DNA of 64,000 nt from Felis catus (taxonomy: Eukaryota), in NCBI RefSeq assembly GCF_018350175.1, contig NC_058383.1:28708001-28772000 (forward strand), given 5' to 3'. The notes under the pieces were generated by a model, which saw only the letters and a list, made by a program, of their open reading frames with translations, had not been told where the DNA came from and searched no databases. A program made the translations under genes and the position numbers. Of this stretch, positions 27,188 through 40,354 are shown one piece after another (positions within the stretch are counted from its first letter, which is position 1; every line of letters begins with the position of its first letter).

Positions 27188-27853
27188 TAAGTGGGTTAGG
27201 ATGAATGGCCTATGCATACGGTGGAATACTATTCAGCCCTAAAAAAGGAAGGATGAACCTTGAGGACATTATGCTAAGTGAAGTAAGCCAGTCACAAAAA
27301 GACAGGTACTGTGTGATTCCACTCACATGGCATATTTACAGCGGTCAACTATCATAGAGGAAAGAAAGTAGAATGGTGGCTGGGGAGGAAACAATAGAGA
27401 ATTCTTGTTTAATGGGCATAGATTTGCAGTTTTACAAGATGGAAAGAATTTTAGGGATGGAGGGTGGTGATGGCTGCACAAAAATTTAATGAATTTAATA
27501 CCACTGACTTACACACTTAAAAATGGTTAAAATGGTTTTTAAAAAGCAGATTAAGTGTTCAACTGAAAAGACTTTAATAAAAAAGAACAGATAAAACCTG
27601 TGAAGTAGAAGAAAGAAAATAATAATGATAATAGCACAAATTAAAGAAATAGAAAACCAAGAAGCAATAGGGAAGATCTGCAAAACCAAAGCTAATTCCT
27701 CGGGTTGGGGGAGGGGAATGGAATACTGATAAAGAAGTCAAACCTCTCAAGACTCACCAGAATAGGCACCCATGAGTAACATTAGGAATGAAAAAGGACA
27801 CATAATACAAATACAGGAAGGTTTTTTTAACTGGTTGAAATAGATAACTTTCC

Positions 27854-28079
27854 TTTTTTTATATATATTTTTTTAACGTTTATTTATTATTGAGAGACAG
27901 AGAGAGACAGAGCGTGAGCAGGGGAGGGGCAGAGAGAGAGGGAGACACAGAATCTGAAGCAGGTTCCAGGCTCTGAGCTGTCAGCACAGAGCCCGACGTG
28001 GGGCTCGAACTCACAAACCACGAGATCGTGACCTGAGCTGAAGTTCGACACTTAACTGACTGAGCCACCCAGGTGCCCC
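27854..28079 (-). mobile_element. CanSINE
   Basis: TSD aaatagataacttt. Confidence 0.92.
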
Positions 28080-28353
28080 AAAATAGATAACTTTAAGTAG
28101 CAAACTACTAAAATGTATGTAAGAAATAAAAAACGAGTTAATAGTCATTAGAAAAACTGAATTCTTAATAAAAAAATTTATTTTTCTCCTCAGTCCCAAA
28201 AAGGCATCGGGCCCAAACAGTTCTGTAGGTGAACTTAAATGAAATAACAGATAGTCCTTATTTCATAAAAATTGTTTCAGAGCTCATTTAATGAGGACAA
28301 TATATGACCTTGATATCAAAACTAGATTAAAATGGCACAGTAAAAGAATTCTA

Positions 28354-28578
28354 GGGGTGCCTGGGTGGCTCAGTTGGTTAGACGTCTGACTTTGCCTTGG
28401 GTCATGATCTCACAGTCCATAGGTTTGAGCTCCATATCGGGCTCAGTGCTGACAGCTCAAAGCCTGGAGCCTGCTTCAGATTCTGTGTGTGTGTCTCTCT
28501 CTGCCCCTCCCCCAATCACACTCTGTCTCTGTCTCTGTCTCTCTCTCAAAAATAAATAAATGTTAAAATTTTTTTTTA
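28354..28578 (+). mobile_element. CanSINE
   Basis: TSD aaagaattctag. Confidence 0.92.
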
Positions 28579-29443
28579 AAGAATTCTAGAGTGAGCTCAC
28601 CTATAAACACAGGTACAAAACCTCTAAATATCAAAATACATCATGAACATTCCCGAGATGTAGTAATGACACAATATCAGAAAATATATTGATATAATAT
28701 ACCATATTAACAGATTAAAAGAAAAAACTGATTACCTTAATGGATACAGAAAAAGCATTTGAAAAATTAGTAATCATATCTATCTTTTTTTCCCCTTACA
28801 ATTAAGAATAGAAGATCATTTCCTTAACCTTCTAGAGAGTAAGTATCAAAAGCCAACAGCAAACATCACACTTACTGTAGAACCTCTGTGTCTGATCATT
28901 AAGGTCAGGAACAAAGCAAGGATGCTTACCACCCCCACTCTGGGAGATCCCAGCCAAGTTAGGCAGGAAAAAGAAATGAATCATTAGAATTGAAACACAA
29001 GAAACAAAAGTTTCTTCTTCAGATACTATAATTGCCTCTCTAAAAATGCAAACAGGTCTACATGTAAGCTATTAAAATTAATAAGACCAAGTTTTTGGAA
29101 ATGAGATAAACATACATAAAGAGTAATATTTCTGAACATTATTAATCAAAGTTAAAGATATAACATAATACCAAAAAAAAACCCCACAAACCTTTAAGGA
29201 GAAAACTATTATTTTGTGTCAACCGGGACAATTAATGAATGAGTGAATTTTATGTTGCATTAGTCAGCAACAGAAAAAAAGTGAAGAGATAGATATGTGA
29301 TGTTCAAGGGTACAAAAGAATCAGTCTCATGAAGATGGCAATTCTCTTCAGTTGCAATTGTATTTGAAATCTCAGAAGGGAGTAGGACTTTAAAATCAAC
29401 TTGGCAAGCTGACCCTAAAATTACATGGAAGAACCAAGGGCAT

Positions 29444-29630
29444 TGGGGAGCCTGTGTGGCTTAGTCAGAGAGCATTCAACTCTTGATCTTGGCTTGGGTC
29501 ATGATCCCAGGGTTGTGGGATTGAGCCCCACATCAGGCTCTATGCTAAGCTTCCTCCTCTGTCCCTCCCCCATTCATGTGCACTCTCTCTTTCTTAAATA
29601 AAAAAAATAACAATAATAAAATAAAATAAA
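29444..29630 (+). mobile_element. Older CanSINE
   Basis: Degenerate head, gatcccagggttgtgggattgagcccc, A tail. Confidence 0.85.
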
Positions 29631-30034
29631 TCTAAGCGCTAGGAATAGGCAAGACAAGGGTGAGGAAAATGAACAGGCAGGAAAAACATAGCTAGCATAT
29701 GCCAAAAATCGAGAGCCCCCAAATAGACCCACATGTGTTTGGAAAGCTGGTCTTATGACAGAGGAGGTATTCCGAATCAGTATAGAAAGGATAGGCCATT
29801 TCCTAAGTGGTAGTGAGATAATGGAAAACTAAAATAAAAATGTCGCCCTTGTACTTTCTATCATATATACACACAAACTCCAGGTCAATTAAACACCTGA
29901 ATGAGAAAAAGCAAAATGTTTAAAATGATTAAGTCATATAGAAGAATGTCTTTATTCCCTTGCAGTGGAAAGATATGTTCATTAAGACCCTGAAACACAA
30001 ACCTTCAAGAAAACTATTAAGTTTGACTCTATTA

Positions 30035-30695
30035 ATTTTTTTTATTGAGGTGAAATTCACGTAAGCTAAAGTTAACCATTTTAAAGTGAATAATTCAGTA
30101 GTATTGTCCTTGCACAGGGTTGTACCATCACCCCCTCTATCTAGTTCCCAGACATTTCATTACCTTTTAAGGAGACCCCCGTGCCCATTAAGTAGTTATC
30201 CCATATTTCCCTTCCCTCCAGTTCCTGGCAATCACCAATCCTTTCTTCCTCTGTGAATTTACCTGTTCGGGACATTTCGTATGAATGGAATCATATGCTC
30301 TGACTTTCTGTGTCCGTCTTCTTTCGCTTAGCATGCTGTTTTCAAGATGCATCCATGTAGCATGTATCAGTAATTCACTAATTTTAATGGCCGAGTAGTC
30401 TTCCATTGTACAAATACCCCACATTTTGTTTATACATTAATGGACATGTGGGTTGTTTCCACCTTTTGGTTATGGTGAATGGTGCTGCTATGAACATTTG
30501 CATGCAAATATCTATTCAAGTACCTATTTTAAGTGCTGAAGAGTGGAATTGCTGGGTTATATGGGAATTGTGCTCAATCTACGTCCAGCTTTTCGAGAAA
30601 TAATTAAACTGTTTCCCACAGTGGCTAAACCATTATACATTCCCTCCAGCAGTGTACAAGGGATCTAATTTCACCACGTCCTCACTAACACTTAT
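30035..30695 (-). mobile_element. Old L1 (L1MB-like) 3' fragment
   Basis: Degenerate ORF2 C-terminus (ORF 30188-30424) and typical L1M 3'UTR. Confidence 0.8.
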
Positions 30696-30789
30696 TATAT
30701 CTATATATATATATACACTTATATATAATATGTATATATTGTATACAATATATGTATGTATACATATATACTGTGTGTGATTATAGCCA

Positions 30790-31026
30790 CAGCAATGGAA
30801 AAGAACAACTACTACTGAAAAAAAAAAGTAATGACTTTTAGAGACATAAGATTAAACAAAAGAAACCAGATACAGAATAGTACATGCTGACTGATTCCAT
30901 TCATATGAAGTTTAAAAACAGATAAAACTTATGTATAGTGATAAGTGTTAGAATAGTGGTTACTTTTAGGAAGGGGAACTTGTTGGAATGCTAGAAATGT
31001 ATTGAAATGATTAATGACATACTGGG

Positions 31027-31067
<41 letters not shown>

Positions 31068-31160
31068 GATGGATATACATATATATGTGTAGAGATATAG
31101 ATAATCATTGAGAAAGCCACTTAAGATATATTTACTTTACTATACAGGAATTATATCTCA
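30790..31160 (+). mobile_element. Old L1M 3' fragment
   Basis: aaagaaaccagatacagaatagtacatgc...gattccattcatatgaagttt is typical of L1MC/MD 3' ends. Confidence 0.65.
31029..31064. repeat. (GT)n microsatellite
   Basis: Directly visible. Confidence 0.97.
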
Positions 31161-34100
31161 GTATTAAAAACCAAGTAAATAAAAGTGTGTATAACTGTTA
31201 AATAAAAGATGGTCAGACGGTTCAGGGATCTTTGTCATGTTATTCTCTTTACGTTTCTGTGTTAAACCAAATTAAAATTGAATGTCATAATTTAAAAGGA
31301 GGAGGAGGAGGAGGAAGAGGAGGAAGGAGAAAAGAAAAAACAGCCAGACATCTTGGATCCAATAATTCAACTCCTAAGAATCTACCCTGAGAAATATTTG
31401 ATATACTAAAAAAATACTTACACACAAGGTATTTCTTACAGTTTTTGTAAACTGTGGGGGAAAGGCTAACATCCTACAAAAGGAAAACGACTAAATCAAT
31501 TCTTATTTAAAATTACAAAAGAATTCGAACTGTCATGGGGAAATATCATAACACAATGATAATTAAAACGTTAGAGGAAGAGTGGGATGCACATTGTAAT
31601 GAACGGTATGGGCTGCTGTTCTCTATCTTTCGGTTAAGGTCAGGTGTACCCTGTGATCTCAATCATATAAAGTATTTTATAGAATGATAATAGTAGAAAT
31701 TAAGTGAAAAATAATCTGATCCCAATTTTGTTATCTGTTCACATCTATACACACATATGTACACATATAGAATAAAAGATAACATTAAAATGACACATAC
31801 CAAAGTATTGAGAGTGACTACCTTTGATGGTCAAAATAATAAATAACGTTTTGTTTGAATTCTCCAGTATTCCTACGAGGTATATGTGTTACTTTTATAA
31901 TCAGGAAAAGACCAATAATGTTTTTAATGCTAAAAAAATAAAAATATTAGGAGTAAATACACAAGTATATTTGTAAACATTTTATATACTTTATATATTA
32001 ATATACTAATATTGTGTATTTACAACCACAATAATAGTGGTTATTTCTAAGAGTTGAGAGTTGGGGAAAAGCTTTTTTTTAAGGTTGAAATTATTTTTAT
32101 TTTTTATTTTTTAATTTACATCCAAGTTAGTTAGCATTTAGTGCAATGATGATTTCAGGAGTAGATTCCTTAGTGCCCCTTACACATTTAGCCCATCCCC
32201 CCTCCCACAACCCCTCCAGTAACCCTCAGTTTGTTCTCCATATTTAAAAGTCGCTTACGTTTTTGTCCCCCTCCCTGTTTTTATATTATTTTTGCTTCCC
32301 TTCCCTTATGTTCAACTGTTTTGTATCTTAAAGTCCTCATATTAGTGAAGTCATATGATATTGGTCTTTCTCTGACTGACTAATTTCGCTTAGCGTAATA
32401 CCCTCTAGTTCAATCCGCATAGTTGCAAATGGCAAGATTTCATTCTTTTTGATTGCCGAGTAATAGTCCATTGTATATAGATACCACATCTTCTTTATCC
32501 ATTCATCCATCGGTGGACATTTGGGCTCTTTCCATACTTTGGCTATTGTTGATAGTGCTGCTGTAAACAGTGGGGTGCATGTGCCCCTTGGAAACAGCAT
32601 GCCTGTATCCTTTGGATAAATATCTAGTAGTGCAACTGCTGGGTCATAGGGTAGTTTTATTTTTAATTTTTTGACAAACCTCCACACTGTTTTCCAGAGT
32701 GGTAGCACCAGTTTGCATTCCCACCAGCAGTGCCAAAGAGATCCTCTTTCTCCGCATCCTCCCCAACATCTGTTGTTGCCTGAGTTGTTAATGTTAGCCA
32801 TTCTGACAGGTGTGAGGTGGTATCTCATTGTGGTTTCGATTTGTACTTCCCGGATGATGAGTGATGTGGAGCATTTTTTCATGTGTCGACTGGCCATCTG
32901 GATGTCTTCCTTGGAGAAGTGTCTATTCATGTCTTTTGCCCATTTCTTCACTGGATTATTCATTTTTTGGGTGTTGAGTTTGACAATTTCTTTATAGATT
33001 TTGGATACTAACTCTTTAACTGATATGTTGTTTGCAAATATCTTCTCCCATTCCATCGGTTGCCTTTTAGTTTTGCTGATTGTTTCCTTTGCTGTGCAGA
33101 AGGTTTTGATTTTGATGAGGTCCCAGTAGTTCATTTCTGCTTTTGTTTCCCTTGCCTCGGGAGACGTGTTGAGTAAGGTGTTGCTGTGGCCAAGATCAAA
33201 GAGGTTTTTGCCTGCTTTCTCCTCGAGGATTTTGATGGCTTCCTGTCTTACTTTGAGGTCTTTCTTCCATTTTGAGTTGATTTTTGTGTCTGGTGTAAGA
33301 AAGTGGTCCAGGTTCATCTATATGCATGTCACTGTCCAGTTTTACCAGCTCCATTTGCTGAAGAGACTGTCTTTATTCCATTGAATATTCTTTCTTCTTT
33401 TGTCAAAGAAGAGTCGGCCGTACGTTTGTGGGTCCATTTCTGGGTTTTCTATTCTGTTCCATTGATCTGAGTGTCTGTTCTTGTGCCAGTACCATTCTGT
33501 TTTGATGAAGACAGCTTTGTAATACAGCTTGAAGTCTGGCGTTGTGATGCCTCCTGCTTTGTTTTTCTTTTCCAAGATTGCTTTGGCTATTCGGGGGTCT
33601 TTCCTGATTCCATAAAATTTTAGGATTGTTTGTTCTAGCTCTGTGAAGAATGCTGGTGTTATTTTGATAGGGATTGCATTGAATATGTACATTGCTTTGG
33701 GTAGTATTGACATTTTAACAATATTTGTTCTTCCTATCCAGGAGCATGGAATCTTTTTCCATTTTTTTGTGTCTTCAATTTCTTTCATAAGCATTCTATA
33801 GTTCTCAGTGTATAGATTTTTCACCTCTTTGGTTAGATTTATTCCTAGGTATTTTATGGGTTTTGATGCAATTGTAAATGGGATCGATTCCTTGATTTCT
33901 CTTTCTGTTGCTTCATTCTTGGTGTGTAGGAATGCAACCAACTTCTGTGCATTGATTTTATATCCTTCCACTTTGCTGAATTCATGCATCCGTTCTAGCA
34001 GTTTTTTGGTGGAATCTTTTAGATTTTCCATAGAGAGTAGCATGTCATCTGTGAAGAGTGAAAGTATGACCTCTTCCTGGACGATTTGGATGCCTTTTAT

Positions 34101-34779
34101 TTCTTTGTGTTGTCTGATTGCTGACGCTAAGACTTCCAATACTATGTTGAATAACTGGTGAGAGTGGACATCCCTGTGTTGTTCCTTACCTTAGGGGGAA
34201 AGCTCTCATTGAGGATGATATTAGCATTGGGTCTTTTGTATATGGCTTTTATGATCTTGAGGTATAATCCTTCTATACCTACTTTCTTAAAAGTTTTTAT
34301 CAAGAAAGGATGCTTGCTGTATTTTGTCGAATGCTTTCTCTCCATCTATTGAGAAGATCGTGTGGGTCTTGTCCTTTCTTTTATTGATGTGATAAATCAC
34401 ATTGATTGTTTTGTGGATATTAAACCAGCCCTGCATCCCAGGTATAAATCCCACTTTGTTGTGGTGAATAATTTTTTTCATGTATTGTTGGATCCGGTTG
34501 GCTAATATCTTGTTGAGGATTTTTGCATCCATGTTCATCACGGAAATTGGTCTGTAGTTCTCCTTTTTCATGGAGTCTTTGTCTGGATTTGGACTCAAGG
34601 TAATGCTGGCTTCATAGAAAGAGTTTGGAAGTTTTCCTTCCATTTCTCTTTTTTGATACAGCTTCAAGAGAATAGGTATTAACTCTTCCTTAAATGTTTG
34701 GTATAATTCCCCTGGAAAGCCATCTGGCCCCAGAATCTTGTTTTTTTGGGAATTTTTTATTACTAATTCAATTTCTTTT

Positions 34780-34989
34780 TTTTTTTTTTAATATTTATTT
34801 ATTTTTGAGAGAAAGAGACAGAACGTGAGTAGGGGAGGGGCAGACAGAAAGGGAGACACAGAATCCGAAGCAGGCTCCAGGCTCTGAGCTGTCAGCACAG
34901 AGCTCAACGTGGGGCTCAAACCAGTGAACCATGAGTCATGACCTGAACCAAAGTCGGACACTCAACCAACTGAGCCACCCAGGCACCCC
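34780..34989 (-). mobile_element. CanSINE nested in L1 ORF2
   Basis: 18-bp TSD actaattcaatttctttt at 34762-34779 and 34991-35008. Confidence 0.95.
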
Positions 34990-36305
34990 AACTAATTCAA
35001 TTTCTTTTCTGTTCAAATTTTTTATTTCTTCCTGTTTCAGTTTTGGTAGTGTATGTTTCTAGGAAGTTGTCCATTTCTTCCAGATTGCCCATTTTATTGG
35101 CATATAATTGCTTATAATATTGTCTTACTATTGTTTGTATTTCTGCTGTGTTGGTTGTGATCTCTCCTTTTTCCTTCTTGATTTTATTTATTTGGGTCCT
35201 TTCCTTTTTCTTTTTGATCGAGCTAGTGGTTTATCAATTTTGTTAATTCTTTCAAAGAACCAGCATCTGTTTTCATTGATCTGTTCTACCGTTTTTTGTT
35301 TTTGTTTTTGTTTTTTGGTTTTGACAGCATTGATTTCTGCTCTAATCTTTATTATTTCCTGTCGCCTGCTGGTTTTGGGTTTCATTTGCTGTTCTTTTTC
35401 CAGCTCTTTAAGGTGTAGGGTTTGGTTGTGTATCTGAGGCCTTTCTTCCCTCTTTAGGAAGGCCTGGATTGCTATACACTTTCCTCTTATGACCGCCTTT
35501 GCTGTGTCCCAGAGGTTTTGGGTTGTGGTGTTACCATTTTCATCGACTTCCATATACTTTTTAATTTCCTCTTTAACTTCTTGGTTAGCCCATTCATTCT
35601 GTGGTAGGATGTTCTTCCGTCTCCAAGTATTTGTTATCTTTCCAGTTTTTTTCTTGTGATTGATTTCAAGTTTCATAGCGTTGGAGTCTAAAATATGCAC
35701 AGTATGATATCGACCTTTTTGTATTTGTTGAGGGCTGATTTGTGTCCCAGTATGTGATCTATTCTGGAGAACGTTCCATGTGCACTGGAGAAGAATATGT
35801 ATTCCACTGCTGTAGAATGAAATGTTCTGAATATATCTGTTAAGTCCATCTGGTCTAGTGTGTCATTCAAAGCCATTGTTTCCTTGTTGATTTTCTGTTT
35901 AGATGATCTGTCCATTGTTGTAGGTGGGGTGTTGAAGTCCCCTACCATTATGTTATTATTATCAATGAGTTTCTTTATGTTTGTGATTAACTGATTTGTA
36001 TATTTGGGTGCTCTCACATTTGGAGCATTAATATTTACAATTGTTAGGTCTTCTTGGTGGACCAACCCCTTAATTATGAAATAACGTCCTTCTTCATCTC
36101 TTGTTACAGTCTGTATTTTAAAGTCTAGATTGTCTGATATAAGTGTGGCTGCTCTGGCTTTCTTTGGTCAAACATTAGCATGATAGATGGTTCTCCATCC
36201 CCTTACTTTCAATCTGAAGGTGTCTTTAGGTCTAAAGTGGGTCTCTTGTAAACGGCATATAGATAGATCTTATTTTCTTATCCGTTCTGTTACCCTATGT
36301 CTTTT

Positions 36306-36524
36306 TTTTTTTTATTTTTTTTTCAATGTTTATTTATTTTTGGGACAGAGAGAGACAGAGCATGAACGGGGGAGGGGCAGAGAGAGGGAGACACAGAATC
36401 GGAAACAGGCTCCAGGCTTCGAGCCATCAGCCCAGAGCCTGACGCAGGGCTCGAACTCACGGACCGCGAGATCATGACCTGGCTGAAGTCGGACGCTTAA
36501 CCGACTGCGCCACCCAGGCGCCCC
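36306..36524 (-). mobile_element. Young felid SINE nested in L1 ORF2 endonuclease region
   Basis: 14-bp TSD accctatgtctttt at 36292-36305 and 36525-36538; CpGs retained. Confidence 0.95.
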
Positions 36525-36659
36525 ACCCTATGTCTTTTGATTGGAGCATTTAGTCCATTGACATTTAGAATGAGTACTGAAAGAGATGAATTTATTGCTA
36601 TTTTGTTTCTTGTAGAGTTGGAGTTTCTGGTGGTGTTCTCTGGTCCTTCCTAGTCTTTG

Positions 36660-37572
36660 TTACTTTTGGTCTTTTTTCCCCATCTTTTCTCCCCTTAGAG
36701 AGTCCCCCCCCCCCATAATTTCTTGCAGGGCTGATTTAGTGGTCACGAGCCCCTTTAACTTTTGTTTCTTTGGGAAACTTTTGATCTCTCCTTCTATTTT
36801 GAATGACAGCCTTGCTGGATAAAGAATTCTTGGCTGCATATTTACCTGATTCAGCACATTGAATATATTCTCACACTTCTTTCTGTCCTGCCAATTTTCT
36901 GTGGCTAGGTCTGCTGTAAACCTGATCTTTGTTCCCTTGTAGGTTAAGGACTTTTGTTCCCTTGCTGCTTTCATGAGTCTTTCCTTGCCTGAGTATTTTG
37001 TGAATTTGACTATGATATGCCTTGTTGATGGTCAGTTTTTGTTGAATCTAATGGGAGTCCTCTGTGCTTCCTGTATTTTGATATCTGTGTCTTTCCCCAG
37101 GTTAGGAATGTTTTCTGCTGTGACTTGTTCACATAACCCTTCTACCCCTTTTCCTCTCTCTTCCTCTTCTGGGACCCCTATGATTCTGATGTTGTTCCTT
37201 TTTAATGAGTCACTGATTTCTCTAATTCTTAAATCATGCTCTTTTGCCTTAGTCTCCCTCTGTTTTTCTGCTTCATTATTCCCCAGAAGTTTGTCCTCTA
37301 TATCACTGATTCGTCGCTCTGCCTCATCTTTGCCGCTGTAGCATCCATTTGAGATTGCAGCTCAGTTATAGAATTTATTTCATCCTGGCTAGGTTTGCTT
37401 CTTTCATCTCTGCAGAAAGGGATTCTAATCTATTTTCAACCCCAGCTAGTATTCTTATTATCGTGATTCTAAATTGTGGTTCATACATCTTGCTTGTATC
37501 TGTGTTGATTAAATCCCTGGCTATCATTTCTTCCTGCTCTTTATTTTGGGATGAATTCCTTCATTTCGTCAT
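36660..37572 (-). pseudogene. L1 ORF1 remnant, disrupted
   Basis: Fragment KAAREQKSLTYKG...QPRILYPARLSFKIEGEIKSF is the ORF1 C-terminal domain. Start ATGACGAAATGA at 37572 has an early stop. Confidence 0.9.
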
Positions 37573-40108
37573 TTTGAAGGAAGAAAAGAAATTAATAAGG
37601 TAAAAAAAATTAAAATGAAAAACAACACCCACCCACACACACACACACAAATGAAATAGATGATGCTAGATCCTAAGTGTGTTTTGGTCTGGTTGTTTAA
37701 AGGAGCTTGATAGATTAGAGAAAAAGGAGGGGGGGGGTGGGAAGGAAAACGTTTGACAATTTGAAAAAATGAACACAATGAAATGGAATAAAATGAAATG
37801 GAAGTAAAATAAAATTCAAAAAATTTACAAAAAAGTAAAAAATATAGTAGAAAAAATTAAAGAAAAACATTTTTAATAAAAATTGAAAAAGAAAAATAAA
37901 TTTTTTGTCTTTCTGTATTCAAGAAAAGGAAGTGAAAAAGAAAAAAAAAAAGAAAACTGAATAGATGGACCAGCGAACAGACTGAAATACGATTGAAATC
38001 ACTTCGTTTTCCCCTAGAAGTCAAACTATGAAACACTTTATAGTTTGTAAACTAAGCAGGCGGAGAGACTTGTGTTCCTGAAGAGCGAGGTTGGCCCAGT
38101 TGGGCGGGGCTTAGGGTAATGACTTCATTCTCCACTAGATGGCGCTGCTCAGCTCACTGGAGGGGATTGTTGTGGCGCTTGCAGGTGTGTATGCGCATGC
38201 GCGGGAGCGGTAAAAATGGCGTCACCCAGCTGCCCAGTCTCTAGTATCAAAACCCTGTGCTCTCCCCGACCAGCCATCATGCACCCATCCTTTGTCTCCG
38301 GTTTCCTCTGCTCCCACTTCTACGCTGTCCGTGACCAAGCCATCAGGTTGCCAGACGCCACCTCCCTCCTGAGTTTTATCTCAGACGCGGCTGTGTTTCT
38401 CGACCCCTCCCTTCGGAGGGACTGCGGCTCGGACCCGCTCAGATCCTCTGCGGGAGGGTCTCCCCGAGCAATGGCCGGTGGCGGCCCGCAGCCAGGAACG
38501 TTCGCGGGACCGCTGCTGCTGCCGAAGCCCAGAGACCGTGGCTGGGCGCCAGCCCGCCCCAGAGAAAGTTCACGCGATCGCATAGCAGCGGCGTTTCAGG
38601 GATCATGGAAAATCACAACAAGCATCTGGCCCGAGGCTTCGCCCTTAACGACCTTGTTTCACCACCAGCGAATGTGGTTGTTCTCTGGGGTCTGCTGGGA
38701 CCGGGTAGCCACATAGCCTCGACCAGATGTCCTCCCAGCAGGGAAACCGCCTCTCCCCGTGTGACCCGAGGATAACCAGACTTCACTCGGCTCCTGGGGA
38801 TCCGCCCTTCCCACCGGAGCCCCTCCAGGTAAGGAGCTGCGGAGTTTCAGACTCTGCCCTCCCCTCTTTGTAGAGTCTTAATGGGATTTCAACCCTCTCC
38901 TTTCTCCTTTCTCCCTTTTAGTTCAGTCCTTGTGGCTGTTTCTGCTTTTCCACTTTCTCTCCAGCTGCTTTGGTGGGGGGGGGGGGGGGGGGGCGGGGGT
39001 CCTTTTCCCGAACTCTCCCCTGTCTCCATCCTCTCTCTGCAGGCAATAACAGCTCCCTGCCCTCAGGGGCTTCTCCCTCCCCCAGTTCACCTCTCTGGGC
39101 CGCGTACCTGCTGAGTTCTGTGGTTCGGGTTGTGCAGATTGTCGTGTTAATCCTGAAATCAGTTTTCTAGGTGTGCAGGATGGTTTAGTGTTGATCCGGC
39201 TGTATTTCATGGACGCGTATTTCAAAAACTTCCATGCTGTTTCACCGTCTTCACTCCTCCCTGAAATCTTTTCCTTCTTAATTCTCTGAATTCTCCAGTC
39301 ATCTATACTGAGCACATGCTGTTTCATCTGTGAAAGATGGATGAATTCTGATTCTAAAAACGCATGAGTAATACAATTCTGTAATCCTCGAGGACAAAAC
39401 CAGCCCTCACAGCCGTGCCCAGAACCCTGTCTGTTTGCATTAGTCTAGGGTGATAATGCTTCAAGTTCAGTAACTGGTTGAAGTAACCATCTGCGTGGAA
39501 TTATTAAATGGCTCTTCCAGCCCTGGCTTCTCATCCTGGCTCAGTGCTCGCCCTTCAGGGAATGCCAGATTCAGTAGGGATGCTGGATGATTACAAAGAG
39601 CCAGGACAGCCGCGGGGCCCAATGCCACACACTTTCGTAACTGTCATCTGGGTTGATTGAAAGGGAAAATAATGCAATATCGTTTTGGTAATTTGATGCT
39701 TTAGCCAGCGTGTTAACAATTTGCAAATGTGAATGACACTGAGTTTATCAGAACGGCACAGTTTTCAAAAACACAGGCTTTGAAATTTGGAGGATCTGAG
39801 TTCAAGCCCCCATGCCGCCACCTGCCAGCTGTGTTACCCTGAGGGACATATCACTTAGTTTCTCTAAGCTTCCCTTTTTTACCTCTAAACCTCTAATGAC
39901 ACTGCCTACCCCAGAGGGCTGCCATGGTGACAAAATGTGACAACGCATGAGAGTACAGCGGGGGGCCTCAACATGAGTGGTTGTCATCATCATCGCTGTT
40001 GTTTTTATTGTTATTACTACTACTTCTACATTGTGTTGGATGACCTTTTGAGTTCTCACCTTTTTGGGCATTCACCCAATGAAGTCTCCGAAACAAAACA
40101 TTGACTTA

Positions 40109-40324
40109 TTTTTTTTTTTCAACGTTTTTATTTATTTTTGGGACAGAGAGAGACAGAGCATGAACGGGGGAGGGGCAGAAAGAGAGGGAGACACAGAATC
40201 GGAAACAGGCTCCAGGCTCTGAGCCATCAGCCCAGAGCCCGACGCGGGGCTCGAACTCACGGACCGCGAGATCGTGACCTGGCTGAAGTCGGACGCTTAA
40301 CCGACTGTGCCACCCAGGCGCCCC
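40109..40324 (-). mobile_element. Young felid SINE
   Basis: TSD acaaaacattgacttatt; CpGs retained. Confidence 0.95.
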
Positions 40325-40354
40325 ACAAAACATTGACTTATTAAATGACAGTGG

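Larger units (their letters stand above)
26830..30010 (+). mobile_element. Ancient highly degraded L1 ORF2 region, interrupted by SINEs and an L1 3' fragment (about 27205-27540)
   Basis: A-rich remnants of ORF2, e.g. taccacatatcaaaacttg, gatacagaaaaagcatttga, aaggtcaggaacaaagcaaggatg, agagcccccaaatagacccacat. Confidence 0.75.
32337..36601 (-). pseudogene. L1 ORF2 remnant (endonuclease / reverse transcriptase / Cys-rich), disrupted
   Basis: ORF fragments with L1 motifs: VGDFNTP and FSRIDHILGHK (EN), NYRPIS and [12 protein letters not shown] (RT), FTDDM (variant of FADDM), HCWWECKLV. Broken by stops, frameshifts and two SINE insertions. Confidence 0.95.
32092..39261 (-). mobile_element. Full-length decayed LINE-1 (carnivore/felid lineage)
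   Basis: T-rich tail and 3'UTR at about 32092-32336, fragmented ORF2 and ORF1, about 1.7 kb 5'UTR ending in GGGAGGAGTGAAGACGG (L1-type 5' terminus). Short flanking repeat tgaaat at 32086-32091 and 39262-39267. Confidence 0.95.

Noticed and set aside
32337..37572. Active autonomous L1
   Set aside because: ORF1 has a stop at codon 4; ORF2 has a mutated start, frameshifts, stops and two SINE insertions.
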